Part shown: positions 9,044 to 18,442 of the stretch, piece after piece
How positions within the stretch are numbered: the first letter of the stretch is position 1
Layout of the letters: each line of letters starts with the position of its first letter
DNA from: a virus
DNA length: 64,000 nt
Strand: one strand, 5' to 3'
Virus record (IMG/VR): IMGVR_UViG_3300018080_000105
Span: 32,001 to 96,000 of that record
Notes under the pieces: generated by a model
What the model saw: the letters and a program-made list of their open reading frames with translations, nothing else
Database searches by the model: none
Told to the model about the DNA's origin: nothing
Translations under genes and position numbers: made by a program

Positions 9044-10939
9044 CTACGGGGTCGTTTTGTTAGTGTCAAGATCCTTCCAGCCCTGGGTTGCTCCATGCTC
9101 CCCAAAGCCAGCTCCGTGGGCCAGGGCCGGCACATAGCTGGTCCCGCCCTCGTCCGATACAGCACCTCGTCGGGCGCCTTCCAAAAGACTGTTTTTCTGG
9201 TAACTACCCAACATCCTGGTCATCCAGTCCGGGTCATGTGCCGCATTCGACATTCCCCGAATCATTTCCGGCTGAAACGGAGGAGGCTCGGTATGTGCGT
9301 AAATCGACCGAACTCCGTGTTTCTGCAGATGTTTTACCATCGAAGGCTGGATCTTGGTACCCACGGAATAATGTAGGACGGGTCGTTCGAGATATTTTCC
9401 TGCTGCCTGGTTCGGTGTAATGACCGCGTGGCCCTCACGCGGTTTCCACTGTCGCTCCAGTAATTGGTAAGGAACCACATCATCCTGGACCCAGTCACCC
9501 ATCTCTTCGGTGAGCCTGACATGGTTGATCAGGCCCCGAGAAAGCAGCTCGATATTACGTCGGTGACCACGTGTTCCCATACCGTCAAGCGTGTCGCGGA
9601 ATGCCTTCACAAAGTACCGTCGACCTTCTCCGACGCCTTTATGCTTTACGACTTCGGCCGGGTTGGGGATTCCTTCGGAGATAACATCTCCGGCTTCGAC
9701 CGTGTCACCCTTTTTGACTTTGAGCTCGTAGCCGTGACCAACATAGTGGTCTTCGTTCCCAATGTGGACGTAGTGTCCGCCCTGCGGAGCTTCTCGCACA
9801 GAGTGCACAGTCCCGTCCAACTGAGCATGTGCCGCACCCGCGGCGAATTTCTTAGGGACTTGCACCAGCTGGTTGATGAACTGGAAACCTGAGATGGCAC
9901 CCGCCCCTGCTCCCGCCACGCCCCCAGAATGCTTTGAGGAAATTTGGGCCTGCGTGATCGGTTCCGCGAGTGCCTGGGCCGCGGCAATACCAACATAGTC
10001 ACCGATTGGCGACAATCCTCCACGTTCGCGATATCCCAAATCACGGGCATAAACTCCGCCGTCCTGCGGCCCGCCCACGGTCGGACTGCGAACAAGTATT
10101 TCATCAATGCCATCAGCTTCCAGCTCTTTCAAAATCTTCGGTGTCAGGACCGTATTGCGTTTGTACCCGCCGATCGGGTGCGCCAGCAGTGAACCAGCTG
10201 TATCTGAGTCGTTCGTATTTACCGGCAAACCGCGTGGCGTAGATTCGTCGTAGGGATCGTCATCATCGTCTGACGTAACCAGCAGGCGATGAGTTGCCTG
10301 CACGAGCTGCTTTGCCAGGAATCCGGCATCCTGTGTCGCACTCTTCAAGTCCTGAATCCCTTTCCTCGCACCGAACGCCCCGGCGAAATACTCATAGGGC
10401 TTCAGTCCCATGGAATAACTGCGAAGCACAGGAATCGGCAATGCGTTGCCGCGGTGGTCGGTGTACAGGAGGTCAGCTCCGCGAAGAGAATTCAGATTTA
10501 CGCTGTTACCCCGCGAACCAGACTGTACCTGCATTGCAAGCGGGTTGCCTTCGTCCTTGGATTCCTGCAGGACATCTTTGTGCAGCTGTCCCTGATATTT
10601 CTGCACAGCGAGCAAGACTGCGGTGTCCTTTTGTTCGTCAGACATGTTGGACGAATAGATCTTGTCCAGTTCCTTCTGCATCTTCATCCGCATCTGCCGC
10701 CCAGCCAGTGACTGTCGCAGAGATTTCAATCCAAATGAATAGCCACCCTCGGAGAACGAAGCATCCCGCCCAATGTCAGACAGGCGTTTGGCGACTTCGC
10801 GATATTTATCCGGGTGTTTATCGGCTACTTCCTGGAGCAAAGCACGGATGCCTTTCTTGTCCAGTACCCGGTCGTGGTCGACCAAGTCTTCTGGCAAGAC
10901 ACTGTTGATCCAGAGTTGTCCAAGAGTCGTTTCCAGCAT
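9044..10939 (-). CDS. rpoC: Phage RNA polymerase beta' subunit, C-terminal half (bridge helix, trigger loop, jaw)
   Basis: TTLGQLWIN (TTxGR), SGSRG (SGARG), GARKGIQDLKSATQDAGFLAKQLV (bridge helix), VGIAAAQALAEPITQAQISSKHSGG (trigger loop with His). No Cys. Confidence 0.93.
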   Translation of the reverse strand: MLETTLGQLWINSVLPEDLVDHDRVLDKKGIRALLQEVADKHPDKYREVAKRLSDIGRDASFSEGGYSFGLKSLRQSLAGRQMRMKMQKELDKIYSSNMSDEQKDTAVLLAVQKYQGQLHKDVLQESKDEGNPLAMQVQSGSRGNSVNLNSLRGADLLYTDHRGNALPIPVLRSYSMGLKPYEYFAGAFGARKGIQDLKSATQDAGFLAKQLVQATHRLLVTSDDDDDPYDESTPRGLPVNTNDSDTAGSLLAHPIGGYKRNTVLTPKILKELEADGIDEILVRSPTVGGPQDGGVYARDLGYRERGGLSPIGDYVGIAAAQALAEPITQAQISSKHSGGVAGAGAGAISGFQFINQLVQVPKKFAAGAAHAQLDGTVHSVREAPQGGHYVHIGNEDHYVGHGYELKVKKGDTVEAGDVISEGIPNPAEVVKHKGVGEGRRYFVKAFRDTLDGMGTRGHRRNIELLSRGLINHVRLTEEMGDWVQDDVVPYQLLERQWKPREGHAVITPNQAAGKYLERPVLHYSVGTKIQPSMVKHLQKHGVRSIYAHTEPPPFQPEMIRGMSNAAHDPDWMTRMLGSYQKNSLLEGARRGAVSDEGGTSYVPALAHGAGFGEHGATQGWKDLDTNKTTP

Positions 10940-10944
10940 TCGTA

Positions 10945-11196
10945 TCAGCCAGATTTGATCTGAGGTTGCCCCGGGGCATTAACGTCGATGACTGCGACCG
11001 TCTTATCGATACCAAGGTTACGCAGTACCTCGTTGAACTGTCGCTGCGTAGATTCCTGTGCAGTCTCTGCGATGATCAACTCATCTCCAAGTTCTGCGGC
11101 GACGGCGATCGGATTGTCGAACTTATCAAGAACAACGACCCGAGTGACTTCTTTGGTTGTGAAGTCGCCCAGGCCATTGTGAAACATGATCTTCAT
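10945..11196 (-). CDS. Hypothetical 83 aa protein between the RNAP genes
   Basis: Coupled ORF (TGATG overlap with the upstream gene at 11196). Confidence 0.65.
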   Translation of the reverse strand: MKIMFHNGLGDFTTKEVTRVVVLDKFDNPIAVAAELGDELIIAETAQESTQRQFNEVLRNLGIDKTVAVIDVNAPGQPQIKSG

Positions 11197-11879
11197 CAGA
11201 CCTGCGTCCTCTGCCGCATAATTGCCGCCACAGCCGCAGCCCCGGTCTCGGGGTCGTAGTTGTTGAGAACATCACGCACAGTCAACTGTGCTGCCTTCTC
11301 GCCTCCGCCCCCGGCCAAGCCGGCCTGCATCGGGTTAATATCTGGAATCGGTCCACCGCCGTCATCCGCTGGAGCCATTGCAGCTCCCGGATCCTGCGGC
11401 CCGCCAGGCACTGCCGCTTCCGCGACAGGTGTCGGCGAGCCTGGAGGTGTGATCAGGGCACCCGGATCGAGCTGAATGCCCTGTGCGTTCATAATAGCCG
11501 TCAATTGTTGCTGCAGATTGTACAACCTGAAGTCCAACATCTGCATCATTTGCTCGGGCTTCATTTTTGGCGGGGCTGCTCCAGCACCGCCGGCGGCAGC
11601 TGCCGCCGGGTCGGCTGGAGGAGCGGCACCAGCTGCCATCGCTGGGTCCATCGCACCACCGACCATAGCTGGATCAACAGGAGGCGCCGCTCCGGGCATT
11701 GCTCCAGCCATTGCCGGGTCCATCGGGGGCATGCCGCCTGCAGCCGCCATAGCCGGGTCCATCGGGGCGCCGGCGGGCGCTGCAGGAACGACTGCAATCT
11801 TTTCCATTGAAGGACCGCCTTGATCCTTCCACACACGATGCTGCGCGAGTTCAAGAAGAGCAGGGTTGTAACCGGTCAT
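11196..11879 (-). CDS. Low-complexity P/A/G/M-rich protein with DPAM repeats and K-x-A motifs
   Basis: Five (M/V/A)DPA(M/A) units, EKIA and EKAA motifs, coupled overlaps at both ends. Confidence 0.7.
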   Translation of the reverse strand: MTGYNPALLELAQHRVWKDQGGPSMEKIAVVPAAPAGAPMDPAMAAAGGMPPMDPAMAGAMPGAAPPVDPAMVGGAMDPAMAAGAAPPADPAAAAAGGAGAAPPKMKPEQMMQMLDFRLYNLQQQLTAIMNAQGIQLDPGALITPPGSPTPVAEAAVPGGPQDPGAAMAPADDGGGPIPDINPMQAGLAGGGGEKAAQLTVRDVLNNYDPETGAAAVAAIMRQRTQV

Positions 11880-12487
11880 CAGTTGATCTCCGAATCAGAT
11901 TGGCACGGGCATACGCCGTCATTCATCTTCTTGCCGAAATTGCAATTTGCGCACAACGTCTGCAGAGTATCTGGGAAACCATTCTGAATAGCCCAACGAT
12001 ACAAGTTCGTGGGACCGATTTCCTTCCGGTGAAGATACCCGTCATCGTTCACATGGTCAATTTGTAAGAAATACTCGCGAGTTTCGCCACAGCAGACGCA
12101 TTTCCGTCCGTAGTGATCAAAGACTTGTGACTTCTGCCGCTGATACCGCTCAACCTTCTTGGCCTTGCAGCCCAAGCAGTAAACTCCCGTCTCTACCGGA
12201 GTAGTACAGGTCGGACACAGGCCGGCTTCTCTCCAGGCTGCTCTCCGTTCGTTACTGTTCCGCTGCTGGCTCTTGGCACAGACGGCGCATCTTACACGCC
12301 CAGCTCGGGGTGAGCGAACCCCGCAGTTGACACATTTCCCCGAATTCTTCCGCCGTTCTCGCCGGTCCCTGGATTTCGCCTTGGCGATCTCCGCACAGGC
12401 AGGGCACAGAGCCTTGTCGGTCGGAGTCTCGCACTCAGTGCACTGACCCGCAGCACGACGCCGCCTGTATTGCATGAGGGAAGCCAT
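11879..12487 (-). CDS. HNH-type endonuclease with three N-terminal CxxC..CxxC zinc-finger repeats
   Basis: YGRKCVCCGE..FLQIDHVNDDG..LQTLCANCNFGK His-Me finger; three GxCxxC..CxxC repeats. Confidence 0.8.
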   Translation of the reverse strand: MASLMQYRRRRAAGQCTECETPTDKALCPACAEIAKAKSRDRRERRKNSGKCVNCGVRSPRAGRVRCAVCAKSQQRNSNERRAAWREAGLCPTCTTPVETGVYCLGCKAKKVERYQRQKSQVFDHYGRKCVCCGETREYFLQIDHVNDDGYLHRKEIGPTNLYRWAIQNGFPDTLQTLCANCNFGKKMNDGVCPCQSDSEIN

Positions 12488-15400
12488 TATTTCTCCATGA
12501 TCTTGACCCGCCGACCGACGCCGATCTTGCCCTGTTTGTAGGCTTTGACCGCATCCTGGACAGTGGCGAAAGTGGCGGGGGCGTTCTTCTTGTCCTGCTG
12601 GGCCGAGGCTTCGTAGAGGCCTCCGATATATTCTTGGGAAGGTAAAAAATGTACGCCAAAAGAAGCTGCGCTAAACAAATTCCTGGATGGCAACATTTTC
12701 TGCAGCGCCTCTTCCTTCGCGTCGTCGTCCAGCGGGACGTGATACTGCATGGCGTCCCCGTCGAAATCTGCACCAAATCCGCCCACCACGAGAGGACTAA
12801 TCTTCAAAACGGTGCCTTTCACCAGCCGTGGACGGGCTGCCATGACACCATACCGGTGCAACGTGGGAGCCCGGTTGATCACCACCACGCCACTTTCCAT
12901 CTCGTCCATCATGGCTTTTCGAGCTGTCGGGGTCTTATCTTCAACAGCCCGAGCAGCATCCACACGACTCATACCGCGTCGCACCATCCGGCGAATCATC
13001 GTCGGGCGATAGATCTCCCAGGCTGTCTCTTCCGGAATACCCACTTGATCCATATCGAGGTCAGGGTCCGGGGCAATCACTGAACGACCAACCATGTCTG
13101 TAGAGGAACCCAGCAAACGACGCTGAACCGTCCCGGTCTTTGGGGACGATCCAAAGATGTGTTTCAGAATTCCTTTGACCTTCCGCTCCTGATTCTTTGG
13201 GTGCGTCGGATCACCGAGACCTGTCACGGCTTTGAACGCCTCGTATGTTGCGAGACGTTCATCACCAATATCCTCTTCGTCAAGCTGTTCAGACAACTGC
13301 TTCAGATTGTTGTTTGCATCCCACAGCTCTTTGTAGAGATAGTTCGGGTCCGCAACGAGTGGTAACTTCTTCGCACCCATCGTCGACACCGGACGAAACG
13401 CCGGAGGCAAAACAGGGGCGCGCTTCAGCACCCAGTCTCGCGGATGGATGTTGAGACGCTTTGCACTCTTCAGATATCCGAGCCGGCGGACCGCTTTGTC
13501 TCGGTGAGTCTTCTTCCCGCTGGCGATCTCAGCTCGTGCCCTCGCAATCTCCTTGTCGAGTTCGAGCCCGTTGAGTGCGGCGGCAACAGCGCCCGGACCG
13601 ACACGTCCGTTGAGCTTCTCGCGGCCCGCCAGAATGTCGTTGAACTTGTTCTTTGTCAGCCCCAGCAGCCGCCTGATCGGTTCCTCCATCACAGGGTTCG
13701 GCATGGGTTCCGCAAGTTTGATCGCTGCCCATCGGTTTCCTCCTCCATCGGCGGTTTGGTGCCCGCCAGTCAGCGACTGGTCAAAGAGTCCGCCTTTTGA
13801 CGGCTCCATCGTCTTCCAGTCTACGGTTTCAACATTCTTCAATTCGCGTTCGCCAGCCAGTTCATCAACGTCCTTGTCGGTGAGTGCCATGATATGCACT
13901 TTGTCACCGTTGCGGACCACGTTGATCCCTGACGCTTTCAGACTGTTCACGAACTTACGGTACACATGCGGCACCTCCGGAGTCGGAGGTTTGAACCCGC
14001 TCATATACTGTGCCCAGTAATCCGGATTGGCCTGGCCCCGGATGATGCTGCCGTCTCGAACCACCGATGTAGCTCCGTGTGACAGCAGTGCGTTTGTTTC
14101 CAACATCCCGACACGTTTAGCGCCAGTCTTCCCGCCCTTCGCCGGCGTACGCTCGGCGGTGTATGAGCCAATGCCGCGACCCTGCGCTTTGGAATCAGCT
14201 GTGTGGTGCAGCTTCATCACCCAACGATTACCGGTGAAGATGTCATTCACCTTCCGGTCGTTGGTTGGGTCGATGATTGTCTCCGTGTCTTCCAACCCGG
14301 CTTTCTGAAGTTCGCGTAACGCGAACTCGATCATGTCTTCCTCGTCCTGGAAGTCTGGAACCTTGAATGGCTCACCACGTTTGGCCGCGATCTTTCCAAG
14401 AGCAGCTTCCACAATCTGAGCAGGATTGGTACGGCTGATGACACCCAACGGGTTAAGCAACAGATCGTAGGCTTTGCCATCCTGGTCGGTCGGCATTTGA
14501 TCGTCGGGAATGACGTGGCTGATGATCCCTTTGTCGCCATACCGTCCGCTCAGCTTGTCGCCGACCTTCATTGGGATAGATGCCTTCACAACCACCGACG
14601 CACCCTTCGGCGTCTGGACTACATCAATCACTTCGCCATCGTAGTCGTGGTCCCACTTTAGACTGACGTCCTGAAAGCTGGGCTTCCCACCTTTCAGCAG
14701 ACTCTTCTTGTTTCGTTCCTTTTCACGCGCCACCAGGATCAGTGGGTCGCCTTCTGAGACTTTAGTACCGGGCTTTACCACACCTTCATCGTCGAATCGC
14801 TCCAGAATGTCGCGCCCGTACTTCGACGGAAAGATCGACTGGAACGATTTACGTCCGCGGTGGTCACTCTTCTCCCAGTCATGCGAGTTCTGGTAAGTGT
14901 GCTGCGACGACATTCGCTTCGCGAACGATGCACTGATGACATTGGCATCTTCAAAGTTAAGGCCACCCCATGGAACGTACGCCACACGGGCATTCATTCC
15001 GAGAGCAGTAGTACCCTGTTCGTCTGTGAAGTTAGAGCGCGCCAGCAACTGTCCAGCCTCAAACTGATCACCAGGTTGGACAGTGGCTGTCTGATGCAAG
15101 CTGGTCTTCCGATTGAACGGGAAGTTGTTGTACAGAGGTAGCTCTGCCTTTTTCCCGTCGGCGTAGCGAACCTTGATCCCGTCCGGCGACACCGCTTCAA
15201 CCACCCCTGGCTGGTCAGCGTGAAGGGCGCCCATCTTGTCGGCATACTCTTGCTCGAAGCTGCGACCCTCAACGCCGGGCATCCCTGATTGCACGAGAGG
15301 AGCCTCGGCACCATCCAACGGCATAGCCTGCGTAAGCATTCGTGCGGCCATCACCGCTCGCTGCCCCTTCACCATGGATTTCATGGGGATCATGTTGCCG

Positions 15401-16914
15401 AGAGGACTGAACGTGTCCTCCATATCGGGCACCTCGAAGTCAACCTGTGACTTGTTGACGGTGCGGACCTTGCCGCGAACCAGCGCTCGCACAAAGTCCT
15501 GATCCTTATTCATCTCATTCGGGAACGCTACCACAGAGTCCGCAAAGTCTCGCGGCGATTTGTACACGGTCTGACCGTCCAGTGTCTTCACTGGCGTGTA
15601 CAGTTGTCCGTCTTCCCCTTTGACCGCTCCACGGGCTAATCGCACATCCACGCCAACCTTGCCGCTCTCCGGGGTCCGGAGGAAGTCGATGAAGCCGAAC
15701 TGAGATGGCTGAACCGCGCGGCTCTCGTCCGGGATAGCGTCCAGCGACGTGATACCGCCCTCGCCCATCCGCGTTACACGAGACTGCTGGTCGTACACCT
15801 CGGCCGGGTTGATCTCTTCCAGCGGAGATGCCAGCCCGGAACTCATGAGCGTCGACATCACCGTGTCCTGGTAGGGACTGGTCGCCAAGTTGTCGAGATT
15901 CTTCCGCGGCGTTGCCTTCCACAGCATCTGCCGGGCCACGTTCTTAGCTCGCGACAACCGATCAGCAAACAGGTCTTCGGGACCGTACAGCTTCTGATAA
16001 GCCAACGCGTCACGGTCATCCTCTTCGTCTTCGTCTTTCGCCACACGGATCAGTTTACGGGTGACTTCCAACAGCGTGTCCGCATTGACGTTCTTTACCC
16101 CACGGCCCAGTGTTCGCTGCGTCACCTCCGGATCCAGTTCCATCTCTTCAAACGACTTCACAACAGCAGCCACCTGCCCGAGATCGTCGGCAGTGCCGTT
16201 GCGGTGCAACTTTTTGTACAGCTTACCGATCGCACCTTTGTCGAGCTTCTTCATATTCTCGGCGGTCAGCTCGTTACCCCAGGCCTCTCGCAGCTGCCGG
16301 TCTTCGACACCCATAGCCTTCAATAACGGCATCAGCGGAATACGAGCCTGTCCCATCTGAATGCGGAACACACCGGTCGCGGGGTCGAGGTACAGACGAT
16401 GGCCGTACCCTTTGGAGACATTGACGTGGCTCTCGATCTCGCCGTTGCTCTTCCGGCGAGTGAAGATGCCAGGCCGCAGCCGGGCCTGGTGAGCCATTGT
16501 GTACTCGTTACCGTTCAAAATGAACGTGCCGCGCTGGGTCATGTACGGGACCTTCGCCAGCTGCATGCTACGGCGGGAGACCTCGTTGCCTTCCAGATCT
16601 CGCAGCACGGCATCACCAGTCAGCTTCCTCGCGAGAGTCCCGCGGGCCAGCAAGGCCTTCTTCTGCGCAGCAATGTCGTAGCTGTCCGGCCCGGCCCATC
16701 GCGGGTTTTCGATCGCCAACTGATACTGAGAGTTGCTGACTGGCTCAAACGACTTCGCTGCGGCCAACACGTTGTCAAAAATCATTTGACGCGTACGGGC
16801 GGCGTCTCCGAACCGCCGAAAGTTCCCCGGCCCAACCGCCGGAGCGGGAGCCACTGGAGTTGTCGGCGTCGGTGCGGGTTCTTGATCGTCCAGAATACTG
16901 GGATCAGGCCGCAT
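12487..16914 (-). CDS. rpoB: Phage RNA polymerase beta subunit fused to the N-terminal half of beta' (contains the catalytic DFDGD)
   Basis: Beta motifs PYMTQRGTFILNG, NFEDA, GDKLSGRYGDKG, KLHH, SLKASGINV (about aa 1000). Beta' motifs PVLPPAFRP, LLGSSTDMVGRSVI, NRAPTLHR, GADFDGDAM (12754-12774). No Cys. Confidence 0.95.
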   Translation of the reverse strand: MRPDPSILDDQEPAPTPTTPVAPAPAVGPGNFRRFGDAARTRQMIFDNVLAAAKSFEPVSNSQYQLAIENPRWAGPDSYDIAAQKKALLARGTLARKLTGDAVLRDLEGNEVSRRSMQLAKVPYMTQRGTFILNGNEYTMAHQARLRPGIFTRRKSNGEIESHVNVSKGYGHRLYLDPATGVFRIQMGQARIPLMPLLKAMGVEDRQLREAWGNELTAENMKKLDKGAIGKLYKKLHRNGTADDLGQVAAVVKSFEEMELDPEVTQRTLGRGVKNVNADTLLEVTRKLIRVAKDEDEEDDRDALAYQKLYGPEDLFADRLSRAKNVARQMLWKATPRKNLDNLATSPYQDTVMSTLMSSGLASPLEEINPAEVYDQQSRVTRMGEGGITSLDAIPDESRAVQPSQFGFIDFLRTPESGKVGVDVRLARGAVKGEDGQLYTPVKTLDGQTVYKSPRDFADSVVAFPNEMNKDQDFVRALVRGKVRTVNKSQVDFEVPDMEDTFSPLGNMIPMKSMVKGQRAVMAARMLTQAMPLDGAEAPLVQSGMPGVEGRSFEQEYADKMGALHADQPGVVEAVSPDGIKVRYADGKKAELPLYNNFPFNRKTSLHQTATVQPGDQFEAGQLLARSNFTDEQGTTALGMNARVAYVPWGGLNFEDANVISASFAKRMSSQHTYQNSHDWEKSDHRGRKSFQSIFPSKYGRDILERFDDEGVVKPGTKVSEGDPLILVAREKERNKKSLLKGGKPSFQDVSLKWDHDYDGEVIDVVQTPKGASVVVKASIPMKVGDKLSGRYGDKGIISHVIPDDQMPTDQDGKAYDLLLNPLGVISRTNPAQIVEAALGKIAAKRGEPFKVPDFQDEEDMIEFALRELQKAGLEDTETIIDPTNDRKVNDIFTGNRWVMKLHHTADSKAQGRGIGSYTAERTPAKGGKTGAKRVGMLETNALLSHGATSVVRDGSIIRGQANPDYWAQYMSGFKPPTPEVPHVYRKFVNSLKASGINVVRNGDKVHIMALTDKDVDELAGERELKNVETVDWKTMEPSKGGLFDQSLTGGHQTADGGGNRWAAIKLAEPMPNPVMEEPIRRLLGLTKNKFNDILAGREKLNGRVGPGAVAAALNGLELDKEIARARAEIASGKKTHRDKAVRRLGYLKSAKRLNIHPRDWVLKRAPVLPPAFRPVSTMGAKKLPLVADPNYLYKELWDANNNLKQLSEQLDEEDIGDERLATYEAFKAVTGLGDPTHPKNQERKVKGILKHIFGSSPKTGTVQRRLLGSSTDMVGRSVIAPDPDLDMDQVGIPEETAWEIYRPTMIRRMVRRGMSRVDAARAVEDKTPTARKAMMDEMESGVVVINRAPTLHRYGVMAARPRLVKGTVLKISPLVVGGFGADFDGDAMQYHVPLDDDAKEEALQKMLPSRNLFSAASFGVHFLPSQEYIGGLYEASAQQDKKNAPATFATVQDAVKAYKQGKIGVGRRVKIMEK

Positions 16915-17851
16915 TGACGGTGTCTTCCTCAGTTGTTGCCATCAGCGATACAGGTGCCCGAGACGCCTGCTGCTGTCGGCGGAGCTTCAGTGCTTTGTCC
17001 AACACAGCTTTGTCGGTACTGTCACGACCCCAGTTGTACCCTGCTTTACCGCCAGCCAGCAGTGCCAGCAGCTCCCCGCCGTGAATAGCCCCTCGCGTAG
17101 CGGCCCACCGGTCAGCATTCATACCCGGGGCCTTCGAGATGAGACCATTTTTACGCGTGATCTCGCCCAGCACCGGAATGTTATCAAGCAACGGGAAGAA
17201 TGCCTGCTTCTCCTGCCCATTAGCAACGGCGTCGGCATACTGGTCGGCCAGATCGTTGATGCCCAGGTCGTCACCGGCATTCTTGGCCGCCATTGCTGAC
17301 GCATATTGGTCGCGAATCGCCTGCTGGTATTCACCTTGGGCGGCGTCAACATCTTGTTGATCTGACCAGGCTTTCTCTTTACCGAGCAACCAGTCAATCA
17401 GCTTGTAGCCGCCAAGAGCCCCGGCGCCGCCAACGCCAATAGTCGCCGGTACGCCCCAGTCATTAGCCAATGGATTGGACGTATCACTGACAGGCATCAA
17501 CTTTGAACCGGCATCAAAAGCCTTCTGCCCCAGCTGTTGGGCGCCTCGGCCGATATTCTGAACCGTGTCGCCGAGATCGAACGCCTGTTTGTCCTGCCGC
17601 GGCGGCCCTTGCACGCGCACCGGCTGGGCCTGGTACATCGGCGGCACCACAGTTTCCTGGGTATCGCGAACCATATCCCCGATGCCTTTAAGGCCGCGGT
17701 ACGCCGCACCGCCGGCCGCCCCCACACCAAACGTCAGCAGCAGTTTCCGAAGAGCTTCTCGCTGCAGAGCTTGATTCATCTGTGGCGAGGCTTGCTTCTG
17801 AATGTTACGCAAAAGCGGTTTGCGCTGCGATGGCTTGGATTGTGGTTCCAT
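16904..17851 (-). CDS. Putative virion/ejection protein with repeated KQA motifs and Gly-rich hydrophobic segments
   Basis: Start reassigned to ATG 17851 (MEPQSK, AGGAGG SD). QKQA, DKQA and EKQA motifs, each followed later by a Gly-zipper helix. Confidence 0.65.
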   Translation of the reverse strand: MEPQSKPSQRKPLLRNIQKQASPQMNQALQREALRKLLLTFGVGAAGGAAYRGLKGIGDMVRDTQETVVPPMYQAQPVRVQGPPRQDKQAFDLGDTVQNIGRGAQQLGQKAFDAGSKLMPVSDTSNPLANDWGVPATIGVGGAGALGGYKLIDWLLGKEKAWSDQQDVDAAQGEYQQAIRDQYASAMAAKNAGDDLGINDLADQYADAVANGQEKQAFFPLLDNIPVLGEITRKNGLISKAPGMNADRWAATRGAIHGGELLALLAGGKAGYNWGRDSTDKAVLDKALKLRRQQQASRAPVSLMATTEEDTVNAA

Positions 17852-18224
17852 GACTCCCTCCTGGAGTTGTGCCGTTGGGTGATTTGGCGTTTGGTGACTC
17901 ACCGTAGATCTGCACCCATTCGAGGATAACGTGCAGGCCCTGGTGTTCTTCGTTCCAGTTGTCTGTTCTTTTGGACACTGCGTACCAACCATTGACCACT
18001 CGGTCCATGATCGTCGCAAACTCCTTCATGTCATCTTCCTCCCACAGCTTGAACTGCTGGATGTGGAAGTCCATCACATGAGGAAGGTTCTCGAACTCTT
18101 CTCTGCGAAGGTCTGCTTTACCACCACGAACAGGGAATCCGCCAGCGGTGCCTGGCCAGTGAAGGTCGCCACCATGTTGCGGACCCCCGTGTTCGCCGTG
18201 ATACTTCTTTCTGCTAAACGTCAT
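17805..18224 (-). CDS. Hypothetical phage protein
   Basis: ORF in a co-oriented operon; likely start MTFSRKK. Confidence 0.6.
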   Translation of the reverse strand: MTFSRKKYHGEHGGPQHGGDLHWPGTAGGFPVRGGKADLRREEFENLPHVMDFHIQQFKLWEEDDMKEFATIMDRVVNGWYAVSKRTDNWNEEHQGLHVILEWVQIYGESPNAKSPNGTTPGGSHGTTIQAIAAQTAFA

Positions 18225-18232
18225 GCTGCTGA

Positions 18233-18442
18233 TCAACCTGAACAGTTACTGTAGCTGATCGGATCCGTTGATGTGATCACACGCATTTGAGCGGTGAGCA
18301 ACGATACACGCGAGTTGCAACCGTGACCGGAGAGACGCACTTCATGCGAATCGCCGGAGACGGCCTTCACAACCCCACGCTTGTTGCGGTACTCAGAGTT
18401 CTGGTCAGTGACCAGGACTTTGTCATCCACACTGTGGGCCAT
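18233..18442 (-). CDS. Small KOW/SH3-like protein (paralog 1)
   Basis: DDKVLVT..YRNKRGVV..EVRLSG..PISY; paralog of 18493-18699. Confidence 0.65.
   Translation of the reverse strand: MAHSVDDKVLVTDQNSEYRNKRGVVKAVSGDSHEVRLSGHGCNSRVSLLTAQMRVITSTDPISYSNCSG

Noticed and set aside
10939-12487. Group I intron or intein reuniting the beta' halves
   Set aside because: The gap is filled by three translationally coupled ORFs; beta'-C has its own start; no intein Cys/Ser..His-Asn ends or intron core were recognised.
9044-16914. Host chromosomal rpoBC operon
   Set aside because: No rplKAJL/rpsL context; beta' is split and Zn-free; neighbours are a head protease, HNHs and phage-type hypotheticals.
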